A stretch of DNA of 64,000 nt from Octopus sinensis (taxonomy: Eukaryota): assembly GCF_006345805.1 (NCBI RefSeq), contig NC_043011.1, positions 39,382,464-39,446,463 of the forward strand, given 5' to 3'. Below the pieces are notes generated by a model. The model searched no databases. It was not told where the DNA came from and saw nothing but the letters and a program-made list of their open reading frames with translations. Of this stretch, positions 12,260 through 25,500 are shown piece after piece; position 1 is the first letter of the stretch, and every line of letters starts with the position of its first letter. A program made the translations under genes and the position numbers.

Positions 12260-12820
12260 TTGGGTTGTCCGGAAAGTTCGTGCCCATTTTTAAAGGAAAG
12301 TAAAAGGTCAATAAATACTTACCATTACATTTTTAATCAACCAAATATGAACCATTTTGTTGCACAATGCGTCTCCATCTTTCCTTTAACTTGAAAATAC
12401 CCTCTTCCCAGAATTGAGGTGGTTTCATGGCAAAGAATTCATCAAGGTATCTTTTTACGTCATCCATTGAAATTTTTACCATTAAGACTATTCTGCAGAG
12501 ATCTGAATAAGTGGAAATCCAAAGGAGCAATATCTGGGGAATATGGAGGGTGGGGTAACACATCCCAGCCAAGATGCAGCAATTTTTGTCTGGTTCCCAA
12601 AGCATCAAGTACCGAAAATGAACTTTCTTATCTTCCATTTTAAAGGATTACAGAATTAACACAGGTTATAAGAACATAAACCTTCTTCCACGGAAAGATA
12701 GCTTAAACTGTGCTCTAAATGAAGCTGTAGTCAAATCCTATTTTATGGACTCAACTATGTTCTAAAATAAGTCGAAAGGTAAGCTGCTATAAATCGGCAC
12801 GAACTTTCTGGACAACCCAA
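12260..12820 (-). mobile_element. Internally deleted mariner transposon
   Basis: TIRs TTGGGTTGTCCGGAAAGTTCGTGCC / GGCACGAACTTTCTGGACAACCCAA, TA duplication on both sides. Minus strand encodes a frameshifted transposase C-terminus [28 protein letters not shown]...KERWRRIVQQNGSYLVD. Confidence 0.92.
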
Positions 12821-12973
12821 TACATGGTCATGGCAGATGAGGAAGTATTTTGTGGTGATGGGGGTTGACTAGAATGCTGCCTGGAATGACCCAAGCAAAT
12901 ACCAACAGATGGTGGATGGCTGTTTCCATTTGGTCTGAGATGTTGTTCTTCCTCTCCACCTTCCTGATATTAA

Positions 12974-13193
12974 CCCATTAAGTCCCTTAAATTTCTGAAT
13001 ATTACTTTTAAATTTTTACAGACAATTGAAAATAGGTTAAAATGAAAAAAAAAAACAATTATTAAAACTCCTTTACTTCAAGTAGAAATGGAAATACTAG
13101 GTGTCCTATAAATAGGACACTGAGACAATGTAATATAGCTTATTTAATGTTCTCATGTAGTGTCCTATTTATGGGACAGTGGGACTTAATGGA
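12974..13193. mobile_element. TTAA-specific (piggyBac-type) MITE
   Basis: TTAA-CCCATTAAGTCCC ... GGGACTTAATGGA-TTAA; inverted copy at 49952-50173. Confidence 0.8.
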
Positions 13194-13499
13194 TTAACTT
13201 GTCAAGATCCTCTCATTGTCAGGTCAATTAATGACATTATTTATAGTTGGTTAACCATGACTCATTTTTATGCCTGTTAATTTTATCATAGGATCTACCC
13301 AGTTCCATTTTAGCCCTTCTGTTACCATCTTTCTGTTAAAATTTGCAGCTTTCATTTCAACTAATTTTTAAAATAACGAAGAATTTAGTAAAATAATTTT
13401 GTCATTATTAAACTGGTGTTTAGAATATAAATTAACATATTTTGTTTGAAGGCTTAAAATTAGACAACATTAAAACAGAGTTTGCATCATAGAATGAGC

Positions 13500-13905
13500 T
13501 ATGATCCAAACTTTGGCATCGAGAGTTACACAAATACTAGAACTGGGCACCACTGCATAGTGCCAAGGACTCCAAATTTGCCATCAAGATGTAGGACAAG
13601 ATATTACAATAGCCTGGGCTTCAGAGGTCCACAGTTCTTCAATAGCCTCCGGAAGGACCTGAGAGACCGGCATGGGGTGGATGTAAGTGTCTTCAAAATA
13701 ATGCTGGACCTCTTCCTGTCAGGTGTCCCAGATGAACCAACTTCGCGGCAGGAAGTGCAAATGAGGGCAGCTGCATCAAACTCTCTCATGCACCAAATGT
13801 CAATAGCTAAAAAGTATTCATGAAGTAAAATTATGTAGCAACACCAAATGGCGGTGCCCCAGCATGGCCACAGCTCGTAAGCTGAAACTAGATGAAAATG
13901 AAATT
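13500..13905 (+). mobile_element. CR1-type LINE 3' fragment
   Basis: ORF2 C-terminus RTGHHCIVPRTP...YYNSLGFRGPQFFNSLRKDLRD...FKIMLDLFLSGVPDEP...RAAASNSL, then 3' UTR ending GGCGGTGCCCCAGCATGGCCACAGCTCGTAAGCTGAAACTAGA. Confidence 0.75.
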
Positions 13906-16834
13906 AAAAAAAAAAAAATATGATGTCAGGCATGTTGATCTCAAAAGGATTAAATGTTTACCCTCTTGGAGAATGTAGAGTTTATTATGTATACCACACT
14001 ATTGTTTGTTCTTACAGAAGATACATGTTTAAGTGGTGATAAATATTACCCCTCGGTGTTGTGTATGTTTAATAAGACGTTTGCTCCATATGTATGTATA
14101 TATGTGTGGGTATGTTTGTGTCTCCTTGTCTTGACATTGTATGATACAGTAATACTTCACTTTATGAGGACCCGTTTTATGAGACCCCCGGGTTTACGAA
14201 TTTTATTTTATTATAAATATAAAAAGGTTGAGCAGCCACTTTGTGTGTGTGTGTATGTGGCCACATCGCAACATGTGGCAACACTGGTTCAGATTCGTCT
14301 ACACAGTGATGGAATAAAATGACAGCATAAAATTTTCATTGTTGCTATGGGAAATCATTACTCCACTTTACGAGTTTTCACATAACAGAGCAGTCTCTGG
14401 GAACAAATTAACTTGTATATCGAGGCATAAGTGTAGTTGTAAAACGAAGGTCTCTGTCATACAAGGAATGTCATTCATTTCCAGTATTCTGTTCTGTGAA
14501 GACATGTCTGGCCATAGGGGTTCAATACCTTGCTTGGAAACAGTTGAGAGTTGGCAACAAGAAGGGCATCTGGCTATTAAAAAACCGGCCTGAATAAAAT
14601 CCAGCTAACCCATGCCAGCATAGTAAAATGGACATGAAAATTATGCTGATGCTGATGATGCTACACACACACACAGAGGTACAGAAATAATGTGTTTTTA
14701 AGTTGGGATAAATTCATGGCCATGGACATCTGATCAGTTCTTTTCCTTTTTTTCTTATTTCCCTATAAAAGTAATCATCATCATTGTAAGCATGGCATTT
14801 CTCGAATAGGTCATAGGTCGTTAGTCATCACCCCTCCTTTAATTCTCAAAATGGATTTGGACGTTTTTTGTTAGGTACAGCGAATGACAAAAACCAGAAC
14901 TTGTTTCCTCGTTAGTCTCTTGCCTGCGTTAAGCCCTCTCAGAATCCCTGGATGTAATTATTGAAAACTAATCTGATTGATTGAAGAATTAATTACTTAA
15001 TGTCCTCTGACATAGTTACCAGTACTTTGGAATATATCTTTTTATCTTTTACTTATTTCAGTCACTGGACTGTGGCCATGCTGGGGCATTGCCCCGAACG
15101 ACTTGTAGTCGAGCAAATCAATCCCTTCTATAGTTAGGGTGTTTTTTTTCTTTTTAAAGTCTGATACTCATTCTCTCAGTCTCTTTTGCTGATTCATTAA
15201 GTTATTTGAATGCAAACAAACCAACACTGGTTGCCAAGTGATGGTGGTGGAGCAGTGACAGACACATAGTAGACGTAGAGACATAGCAAATTTAACAATT
15301 TTATTGTAGATTGAAAAATTAATGAACAGCCTTAAATGATTTTCGAACCTTATTGGGGTCTCATCAGAGTTGTTTACATCACATGATGAATACAAACACA
15401 CACACTCACATATATATGAATATAAATGCATATGTATATACATACATACGTACATACATCCTCACATTTTCTGCCTACCAAGTTATTTACTCACAAGGCT
15501 CTGATCACCTTGGGGGCTATCATAAAAGACTACTGCCCAGATGCCATGCAGTGGGACTGAACCCAAAACCTCATGGTTGTAAAACGGGCTACTTAACCAC
15601 ATAGACATGCCCGGATTCATTTTCTTTAGTTCTTTTCTTTTTTTTTTTTTGTCTCATTTCTTTTGTAATTACTATACAGAGATTTAGAGTTGATTCTTCA
15701 TAGCATCTTTATTTTGATATTTTTTTTCTTTTTGTTTTCCTATTTTGGTGTGCATTCACTCCATTCAGAGTTGTGCTGTAGTAGACTTTTAAACTAGCAA
15801 TAAGCTCCCATCAGACTGAAGTCATCCATGTCCTGAATTTCAATCCCAATTATCTTTACTCTCATTAACTACGTTCCTTTGAAGTTAATATGATTCATTT
15901 ATTTCTCGTCTTTTTGTAAATATCTTAATGTTTCGTATGCATCTGTGGTATTTGCGGAAAGCTAACGTGTCCATCGAATTCAAATGAGATATCGACCAGG
16001 GGGAAAAGTAAAACAGCATTTTAAAAAAAGAAAAATGATGGCGTTGTCAATTATTTTTAACTGACTACTTTTATTAACATATGAATGTGTCTCTGTGCGT
16101 GTCTGTATCATTTTTGGTGTCATTGTTTTGTAACGTCCAGTTTTCCATGCTTGCATGAGTTAGGAGGATTGATTCTGTTGAGACAGATATTCTGTGGCTG
16201 GACGCCTGCCCGTGCTGTCACCAACCCTCACTTGTTTTGAAACAAGGTGATATTTCCTCATGACCGGACGCATGCTTCACGAAGATTGGAAACAAATGAC
16301 ACCTCTTGTATGACAGTGACACTCATTTACAACTATCAAGCGACATCAAGGTGTGGAGACAAACACAAGATCCTTATAGCCACAAACATAACAAAAGTCT
16401 ACATACTTACTGGGAAATTAACCACCCCACAGCAAGCCAGGGTACTATATTGGCAAGCTAATTTTGCTTGAAATTAAAGCTCATCAGTAGTAGTATTCCA
16501 TCGCTGATAGTTGAGCCAAATCCTACCTGTCAGTACATCATCATCGTTTAACGTCCACTTTCCATGCTAGCATGGGTTGGATGATTCGACTGAGGTCTGG
16601 CGAACCAGATGGCTGCACCAGACTCCAATCTGATCTAGCAGAGTTTCTACAGCTGGATGCCCTTCCTAACGCCAACCACTCCGAGAGTGTAATGGGTGCT
16701 TTTACGTACCACCGGCATAAGGGCCAGTCAGGCGGCACTGGCAGCGGCCATGCTCAAATGGTGCTTTTTATGTGCCACCTGCACAGGAGCCAGTGCAGCA
16801 GCTCTGGCAACATAGATATATATATATATATATG

Positions 16835-17038
16835 TTGATTCGCTAGCTTCTGCACGCATTTTTTTCTCTCCTTATTTCTTTCCGTGTTTCTTTTCTATGT
16901 ATCTTTCTGTTGAAGAGCATAGGCTCGAAACGTAAAAAGACTTGTTTTATTTATATTCCTGAGCGCCATACTAATACAATTGTTTGTTTGTATTCCACCT
17001 GCCTTCGTCTTTTGTTTATTTTCATAAAGCTTCCCGTT
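16835..17038 (+). mobile_element. (TA)n-flanked short repeat with hammerhead-like motif (family 2, copy 1)
   Basis: TCTTT-CTGTTGA-A-GAGC-ATAG-GCTC-GAAAC-GTA-AAAAGA at 16902-16940. Same family at 20347-20542(-), 43917-44050 and 55829-55988. Confidence 0.6.
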
Positions 17039-19772
17039 ATATATATATATATATATATATATATAGGATAATAAAATGGACAGTTTACACTTGGTAGCTT
17101 ACTGGTAAAGCATGTTCACTTTCATGAACCAGTTGCTGAGTGTCTCACCTATGAGGGATCAATGTTACATATGTCAAAACAATTGTCATGATTAATAACA
17201 AATTCTCTTTTATTCCATCTTCTGTCTTTCATTTGCCTTATATACGTAATGACATGGTTATTGTACCAAATTCTTCATTGTCTTCAAAATTATTGAAACA
17301 AAAAAGAGTGCATTCCAAATGAGATATAGTAACAAAGGACTTGAGGTATTCATGCATGTGTAAACATGAACTTTGTTTTTACAAGTTTTATATATTTCTA
17401 TAGGTTTTCATTAATTCCATCAATATAAGCCCCTCCCTTCTCCTATAGCTTCCTGCCTTCCTTGTAATATTAATCTATTCCTCTCTCCACCCCTCCCCCA
17501 TCCCCGCTTCTTTATATTCTTTGATCTTTTTGACTGTTGTTTTTTATGCTCATTATTTCTCGTTTAAAAAAATATACAAAACAAAAGGGGGAAAAAAAGG
17601 AAATGAATTATGTTTCTTTTTTTTTTTTCTTTTTTTGGTTACATTCTGTATAAATGTTTGCATGGTGTACTTTCTCTTGTGACTGACAAATAGTTACCCT
17701 CCTAATAATTAAAAACAGAAATGGAAGCACCAGAGAAATATTAGAGCTTTCTCATAATTAGCAGCTTGTTTATCTGTTTGTGTATTTCTTTACAAATTTT
17801 CACACCACACACACGTGTGTGTGTATGTGTGTGTGTGTGTGTGTATGTGTGTGTAAATCTCGTTATGCAAGCATGTCTAAGTGTCCATTTGACTGAATGC
17901 AGTACATGTGAATGTGTTTCCATTCATGATTTTTGCTTCATATTTTTCCATCAATAAATGTGTATTTCCTTCATGCATGTGTCTGTGTGTGTGTTTTTAT
18001 GGGGCATTACATATAAATAACTTCATATGAAGTTATGTGTATGAGAGGGTGTGTGTGTGTGTTTGTTTTTGTGCCTTTGTGTGTCATTATTACGTTCAGT
18101 TATTTCAATTAGAATGTGATTGTATGCAAACAAGCTTCTGTTTGTATTTGGACCGTTAAGTTTATTGTATTGTGTGTGAATTTCTTGCTTTAAATATCTT
18201 CATTCATTCTTAGATTTATGCCTTTGATTGTGCACAAGCGTGCAAGACTTGCTGTGTAAGAATGTACTTCGTGTTTTAGAATATTATCACAATTGTGTCT
18301 GAGTGTTTGTGTAAAATATAAAAGAATATACTTCTTCGTTTTAGCTTTTTTTAGTATTTCTTTTTTCTTGTGTATACATGTAAAGATATCTCCACACATT
18401 TTGATTTTCTATGAATGTGTATAAAGTTGTTTGGATTTTATCTCCCCACTCTCCCAGATTTCAGGCCTTGTGCCTATAGTAGAAATGGTTATTATTATTG
18501 AGTGAGAGAGTAGCACATGCCATCAAAGTGACACTGGGGTACAAATATACGAAGCCCAATATACCCATCGTGACTACCCGTCTGATAAGGGTACACCAGG
18601 TACATGCGTCACAACCACATGTGCATGACATGGTGATCTCATATCAAGATACACAGCACATGACCTTGCAGGTGGGGCCCAGTTAGAATTTTCTTCTGAT
18701 TGAGTCACCCAATTACTATTATTATTAAGGCAGCAAGCTGCTAGAATCATTAGCACACTGGATGAAATGCTTAACAGTATTTCGCCCAGCGCTACATTCT
18801 GCATTCAAATTCCGCCAACATTGACTTTGCCTTTCATCTTTTCAGGGTCAATAAAATAAGTACCAGTTGCATACTGGGGTTAATGTAATTGACACATCCC
18901 CTTCCTCAAAATTACCGCCCTTGTGGTAAAATTTGAAACCATTATTATTATGATTCTTCTTCTTCTTATTATTATTATTATTGTTATTGTTGTTGTTATT
19001 ATTGAGTATGAGAGCAGTTCATGCCATCAAAGTGACATGGAGGTAAAATATACAGTGCCCGGTATACCCAACATGACTACCCATCTGATAAGGGTACACT
19101 AGACACATGCATCACAAACATATGTGCGCAACATGGTGATCTCATATCAACATAAACAGTGTCATGACCTTGCAGGTGGGGACCAGTTAGAATTTTCTTC
19201 AGGTTGAGTAGCCCATCCCACTCAAAAGGTCTCTGAATAAGGGTTTTCAGGAATGAATTATTCAAAGCCCCAAAAATTCCACTCAACACTACTTCTGCTC
19301 ATGATCAGAAATGCACATATCATCAGCCACTAAGGGAAGTGTTCAACTGGTTATGGTTAAACAACTGACAGGCAAATCTGTGGTATTTAACAAAATATTT
19401 GCTGTAGTCCATCTTTTATACCTAGGCAAAACAATGTACATGCTGACACTTCCAATCAGTTAAGATCGGAAACCATGGGAGCCAATGCTTGGTACCAGAC
19501 CAGGGCATTTATTATTATTATTACTATTATTAAGGCAGCGAGCACATGGAATTGTTAGCAAGCCAGGCAAAATGCTAGGCTGTATTTCGTCAGCCACTAC
19601 ATTCAGAGTTCAAATTCCAACAGGGTTGACTTTGTCTTTCATCCTTTCGGGGTTGATTAAATAAGTACCAGTTATGCACTGGGGTCAATGTAATCAAATA
19701 AATCCCATCCTCCAAATTTGAGACCTTGTGCTTTCAGTAGAAGGGATTATTGTTATTATTATTATTATTATT

Positions 19773-20190
19773 GTCTTTGCACAGCTTCTATTGCTAGAGA
19801 TGTACTGTGAGCTGCCAGTTGTTCACTACCAGTGAACTAAGGTAACACCCCTTATTTTTCAAGTACCATCCAGAGTATTCAAGCAGTTCCAAGCTGTGCT
19901 GTTATCTGCAAGTGCTCCGCCCTTATTGCAGCCCCTATTTGTTCCATTTACTTATCAAGATTTTTACTCACTGTTCCCAGGGCTCTGACAATTATTGGTA
20001 CTACTACCACCTCTTTCATCGACCTCAACTGCTTAACTTTCCAAGCTAACCTGTCATATCTATCGACTTTTCTTTCTTCTTTATTGCATACTTTATTGTC
20101 AGTTGAGCATGCTATATCTATGATCCAGCATCATTTGCTTTCTTTCTGAATTAATACTATGTTTGATTTTGTATTCTCTTGCAACCTGTT
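19773..20190 (-). mobile_element. R4/Dong-like non-LTR retrotransposon 3' fragment (restriction-like endonuclease domain)
   Basis: Minus translation ENTKSNIVLIQKESK*CWIIDIACSTDNKVCNKEERKVDRYDRLAWKVKQLRSMKEVVVVPIIVRALGTVSKNLDK*...TAQLGTA*ILWMVLEK*, ending in a (TAA)n tail. Confidence 0.8.
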
Positions 20191-20308
20191 CTCCTACTCA
20201 GGGTCTTCCCTTGTGTTTTTGGTTTGAGATTTGCATGTGTTGGTTTACAGCCAAGGAAAATATGTGTTTATACACACACACATGCACATGGCTGTGTATG
20301 TATGTATG

Positions 20309-20344
<36 letters not shown>

Positions 20345-20346
20345 TA

Positions 20347-20538
20347 GTTGGAATTTACAAAAGAAATAAACAAAACAAAAGACGAAGACAGGTGTATAAA
20401 CAACAAACAGATGTATTAGTTTAAAGCTTGGGAAGTGAGAAAGTCTTTTACGTTTCGAGCCTACGCTCTTCAACAGAAAGGAACACAGAAATAAACACGG
20501 AGAGAAAATGAAAAAAAAAAGGTTTAGTGGCTAGCGAT

Positions 20539-20542
<4 letters not shown>
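20347..20542 (-). mobile_element. Family 2 hammerhead-like repeat, copy 2
   Basis: Reverse complement CCTTT-CTGTTGA-A-GAGC-GTAG-GCTC-GAAAC-GTA-AAAGA at 20444-20481; (TA)n on both sides. Confidence 0.6.
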
Positions 20543-20599
<57 letters not shown>

Positions 20600-20964
20600 T
20601 ATATTAATTAGCTGTACAATCAGGTGACTTAAAGGTTGAGAGTTTCATGGATTGCATTCGTCAGATGCATTAAAACACTCAATCCTTGATTTACTTGTGA
20701 AACTTTGCAGGTGATTAAAATATAAGTGTGTGTTGGGTGTGCCTGATTGGTTTTTGTGTGTGTGTGTGTGTGCTCTTATATATTCAGTTCTGTTTCTCCC
20801 ATTCCATCAAACCTATACACAGACACACATATATGCATTCACATGCACAAACACACACACACACACATACATATATATATGCTCACACACACACACTTAC
20901 ATATATATATGCTCACACACACACACTTACATATATATGTGTGTATGTGTATATGTATATATAT

Positions 20965-21006
<42 letters not shown>

Positions 21007-21370
21007 AACATGGAACACGAGTGTTAAATGGTGATGATGACGATATATATAGAGAGAGAGATGTTGACAGCTTGTTTGCAATCGAGAAAGGGCGGGGTGT
21101 AATTGAATCAATTAATTGTTTTGGCTACAGCTGTTGTAGCAACAGTGATAATTTTCAACAAATGAAGACAATATCGTCAAAGAGAAAATAATTTTTTTTT
21201 GCAATCTTCCCTCTACTGTTGTCTGCTGCTTCTTAAAGGGGCTAAATACTATTAAAGACCACTTCTTCTGCTAAAATGATACCATTTAATAAACATGTTC
21301 CACCGCAGGTTGTTATACCAAATTACCATTGTAGGAGAAATGATTGCTGTTGTTGTTGTTATCATTATCG

Positions 21371-21404
<34 letters not shown>

Positions 21405-21616
21405 ATTGGTGAGCTGGCAGAATCATTATCATGTCAGGTAAAGTACTTGGAGTCATTTTGTCTGTCTTTACATTCTGAGTTCAAATTCCAGCAAGGTCGA
21501 CTTTGCTTTTCGTTCTTTTGGGTCGATAAATTAAGTGCCAGTTGAGTACTGGGGTCAGTGTAATCAATTTGCCCCCTTCCCCCAAGATTTCAGACCTTGT
21601 TCCTATAGTAGAAAGG

Positions 21617-21647
<31 letters not shown>

Positions 21648-21883
21648 TTATATTATTATTGTTGTTGTTGTTATTTAATTGCTGTGCTGGCAGAAGCGTT
21701 AGCATGCCAGGCGTAATGCTTTGCAGTATTTCATCACACTTCAAATTCCCCCGAGGTCAACTTTACCTTTCATCCCTTCGGGGGCGATAAACTAAGTATC
21801 AGTTGTGTACTGGGGTCAATGTAATTGACTATTCCCTTCCCTCCAAGTTTCAGGCCTTTTGCCTATAGTAGAAAGGATTATCA

Positions 21884-21918
<35 letters not shown>

Positions 21919-24004
21919 GAAGGCAGCAAGCTGGCAGAATCGTTAGCACGCTGGATGAAGTTCTTAGCGGTATTTCGCTGGACTTTACATTCCGAGTCCT
22001 TTCAGGGTCGATAAATTAAGTACCAGTGAAAAACTGGGGTTGATATAATCGACCAATCCCCTCCCCACAAATTTGAGGCCTTGTGCTTCCTCAAATTTGA
22101 GGTCAATGCTTAATCACATTTCACCTGTCTTTACAATCTTGGTTCAAATTCCATCTAGGTCAGCTTTGCCTTTTATCCTTTAAGGGTTGATAAAATGAGT
22201 ATCAGTCCAATACCGAGGTCCATATAATTGACTAGCCCCCTCCCCTCAAAGTTTGAAGCTTTGTGCCTATCGTAGAATGGGTTGTTATTATTAAGGCAGT
22301 GAAAGGCGACAACCTGTCAGAATCATTGGCACGACAGGTAAAATGCTGAGTGGTATTACATCCACTTTCACGTTCTGAGTTCAAAAAGTCGCCAAGGTGG
22401 ACTTTGCCTTTCATCGTTTTGGGGTCAGTAAATTAAGTACCTGTTGAACACTGGGGTCGATGTAATCGACTAGTCCCCTCCCCCAAAATTTCAGGCCTTT
22501 TGCTTTTGTAGAAGGGATTATTAAAGCAGAAATGACAGTTGAATTTCCCTCAGATCCCATTCTAATCATTTTAAGAAGCGAAAGTACAGATTGGATAATG
22601 TAGACATAGATAAACTATATCAAAATAGAAAGAAATGGGATGGTCATGTCTGGAACATCTTTAATTAATATCCAAGGGATGGGATGCTGGACAAGCTAGA
22701 AATAGCAGTAAAATTTCCCTAAATCACACTCTTATTTTCATAACATACAGAAGTGCTGATAGAATAATGTGGTTCCATATAAACTTTGTCAGGATAAATA
22801 AGAATAACGAAGGATGGTCATGGCTGGAACGCCTCTAATCAATGTCCAGGCTGAGTTAAGGGTTTCAGCAACATCGACGTTCCCTTCATGCAGCATGAAT
22901 AAACTCATCAATAACATTATCATCGAAATTGTTGGGTGGCGGATGAAGAAAGAAAATAGGTTTTGATCAATACACAATTACTTCACCACCAGCACACACG
23001 TCACACATGCTTCCCCCTCTCTTTAACAGTCTATCTATCTATCTATCTATCTGCCTATCTATTGCTTCCAATCTTGTTGCATATGTCAGTTAATATGTTT
23101 AATGTATTCTGTTTGGTTTCGTTAAGAAAATTATTACACATTTATATATATATTATTCATTCATATATTTATTTATACACGTATGACTTTCTATCTATAT
23201 ATATATATATGTGTGTATTTGTTTATATATAGATATATGTACGTGTTTGTTTATATATATATATATGTATGTATATGTATGTGTTTGTTTATATATGTGT
23301 ATGTATATATGTGTATATGTGTTTGTGTATATATGTGTTTGTGTATATATGTGTTTGTGTGTGTGTGTATATATATGTATATATATATCTATATGTATAT
23401 GTGTGCGTGTTTATAGATATATATGTGTGTGTGTGTGTTTATATATATAGCTATATATACGTGTGTGTGTATGCATATGTTATATGTGTTTATATATGTA
23501 TGTGTATGATGTGGTATGTGTTTATGTATATATGTGTATATTGGTGTGTGTATGTGTAGCTACATAGATATATCGACAAGGTATTTGCTCATTTATACCT
23601 TTATATATATTAGACATATTTTTACACATACACACCCACATACAAATACATACATACATATATATATATATGTATGTATGTATGTGTATGTATGTATGTG
23701 TATATATATGTGTGTGTGTATATATAATGACATCTCCCATCTTGATGAAAGTGCTGAATAGCAGAGAGAAAGCTGTAATATTATTGAGCAAAAAAAAAAT
23801 CATAGCATGCTTGAAGAGAGAAAAGTGGGGGAAGAGCAGGACAGGGTGGATGCACGGTGGGTAGAGGGAGAGGGGCGAGCAGGTGAGGCAGGGTGGCTGT
23901 AGGGGTAGGTGTGCTGTACCCATTAAAAAAGCATTTGTGTACAACGTAATCAAGTTTCCGTGCATATATATTCTTTATATTTATTGCCTTATTATTTATT
24001 ATTA

Positions 24005-24045
<41 letters not shown>

Positions 24046-24474
24046 TTCATTGTTGTTTTTATTGCTATCTATTTATGCATTTTTTTGCGTGGTTTTTTGT
24101 TGTTGTTCTTTTTTGGTACTTTTTTTCTTTTGCTTTTGTTTCTTCAGAATTGCTTCTCCGCCGCCGTCAGTAGGGGTTTTGTTTGGTTGTTTCTGCTTAA
24201 TGTGTACGCACCGCACCTTACCTCTGCACTCCCCGTTATTATCGATGTGCATACAAGCACAGCAAAAGAGCATTGACATTCGTATGTGCGCGTCGTGCAT
24301 GTGTGTTGTGTTTGCATTTCGGCATTTATACTTACATAAATGCACGTTCTATTTATTTATTTGTTTATATATATGTATATATACACACACACACACACAC
24401 ACATGCATGTGCGCATACACATATATGCACACATGAATATTTATAGATATGTATGTGTATATGTGTGTGCATGT

Positions 24475-24526
<52 letters not shown>

Positions 24527-25057
24527 CATGCACATGCATTTATGCATACAGGTGCTGAAGACAATCACATGCTTCGATGCATAAACAGCATGTATGATTA
24601 TGGTTTTACGTAGAGAAATATGGAGAGAGAGAGAGAGAGTGAGAGAGAGAGCATTCAAGTAGTGAATCGAAACACTTGTAAGGGTTTATGGTGACATTGG
24701 TGGGTGGTGGTTCTGGTTGGGGGTGGGATGAGACTTAGTGTCTCGGCTCTATTGTTTGCAGAATCGAAGGTGAGGAGGATCTGAGATACATTCAGTCGGA
24801 AAGTATGGATTTAAGTGAGAGACTTACTGCTCTCTCTCCCTCACTCTTTCTCTCTCCTTCACTCTTTCTCTCTCCCTCACTCTTTCTCTCTCCCTCTCTC
24901 TTTCTATCTCTCCCTCTCTCTTTCCCTCTCTTCTCCTTTCTCTCTCCCCTCCGTCCCCCTCTCTCCATCTCACACAGAGTTACAGAGGCACACATATATA
25001 CGTATCTTTCCACACTTGAATTCAAAAACCCATACATATATGCATATATATACATCC

Positions 25058-25095
<38 letters not shown>

Positions 25096-25249
25096 ATGTG
25101 TATACACACATACACACAGATGATCTTTCGTAAGACTTTAGATGGTTGACATGACCAGTATTCAAAAGAAATAAACAACCACATTTTTCAGACCTCTAGC
25201 AATTTATGTCCTCACTGAGGTTCTGACAAAAACCCCGCTGAAACTAGCA

Positions 25250-25500
25250 ATGTAGGCTTTTGTGCTCAAGGCAACCCTCTTCAAAAGATTTGCAGCATTC
25301 CTTTATCTGTTCCCTCCTCTTAGCTCTTTCTAAAGTTTTTTTTAGTTCTTCCCAGTTTTTAGAATTTTTTTTTACATTGTACTGCAGTTCCTTCAGGATG
25401 CTTTCTAAGCAATCTTTGTATGTTTTTTGTAGTTTGTGTTGAGGACACTTTCCAGTGGAAAGGGCCTGCAAGTTGATTTCAGGTGTCAAGAGACCCATAG
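25250..25500 (-). mobile_element. Degenerate RTE-type LINE fragment
   Basis: ORF text LSTGKCPQHKLQKTYKDCLESILKELQ...KNWEEL...ERAKRREQIKECCKSFEE resembles the RTE C-terminal G.RP..R..K.YKD.LK..L...WE..A.ER..WR motif. Confidence 0.6.

Noticed and set aside
19500-19773. Idea that the Dong-like element mobilises SINE B
   Set aside because: SINE B has (TTA)n on its sense strand whereas the Dong relic has (TAA)n, and their 3' sequences are not shared.
20643-20670. CUGACGA-AUG-CAAUC-CAU-GAAA on the minus strand
   Set aside because: Core and a 3-bp stem II are present, but stems I and III cannot be closed around a UH site.
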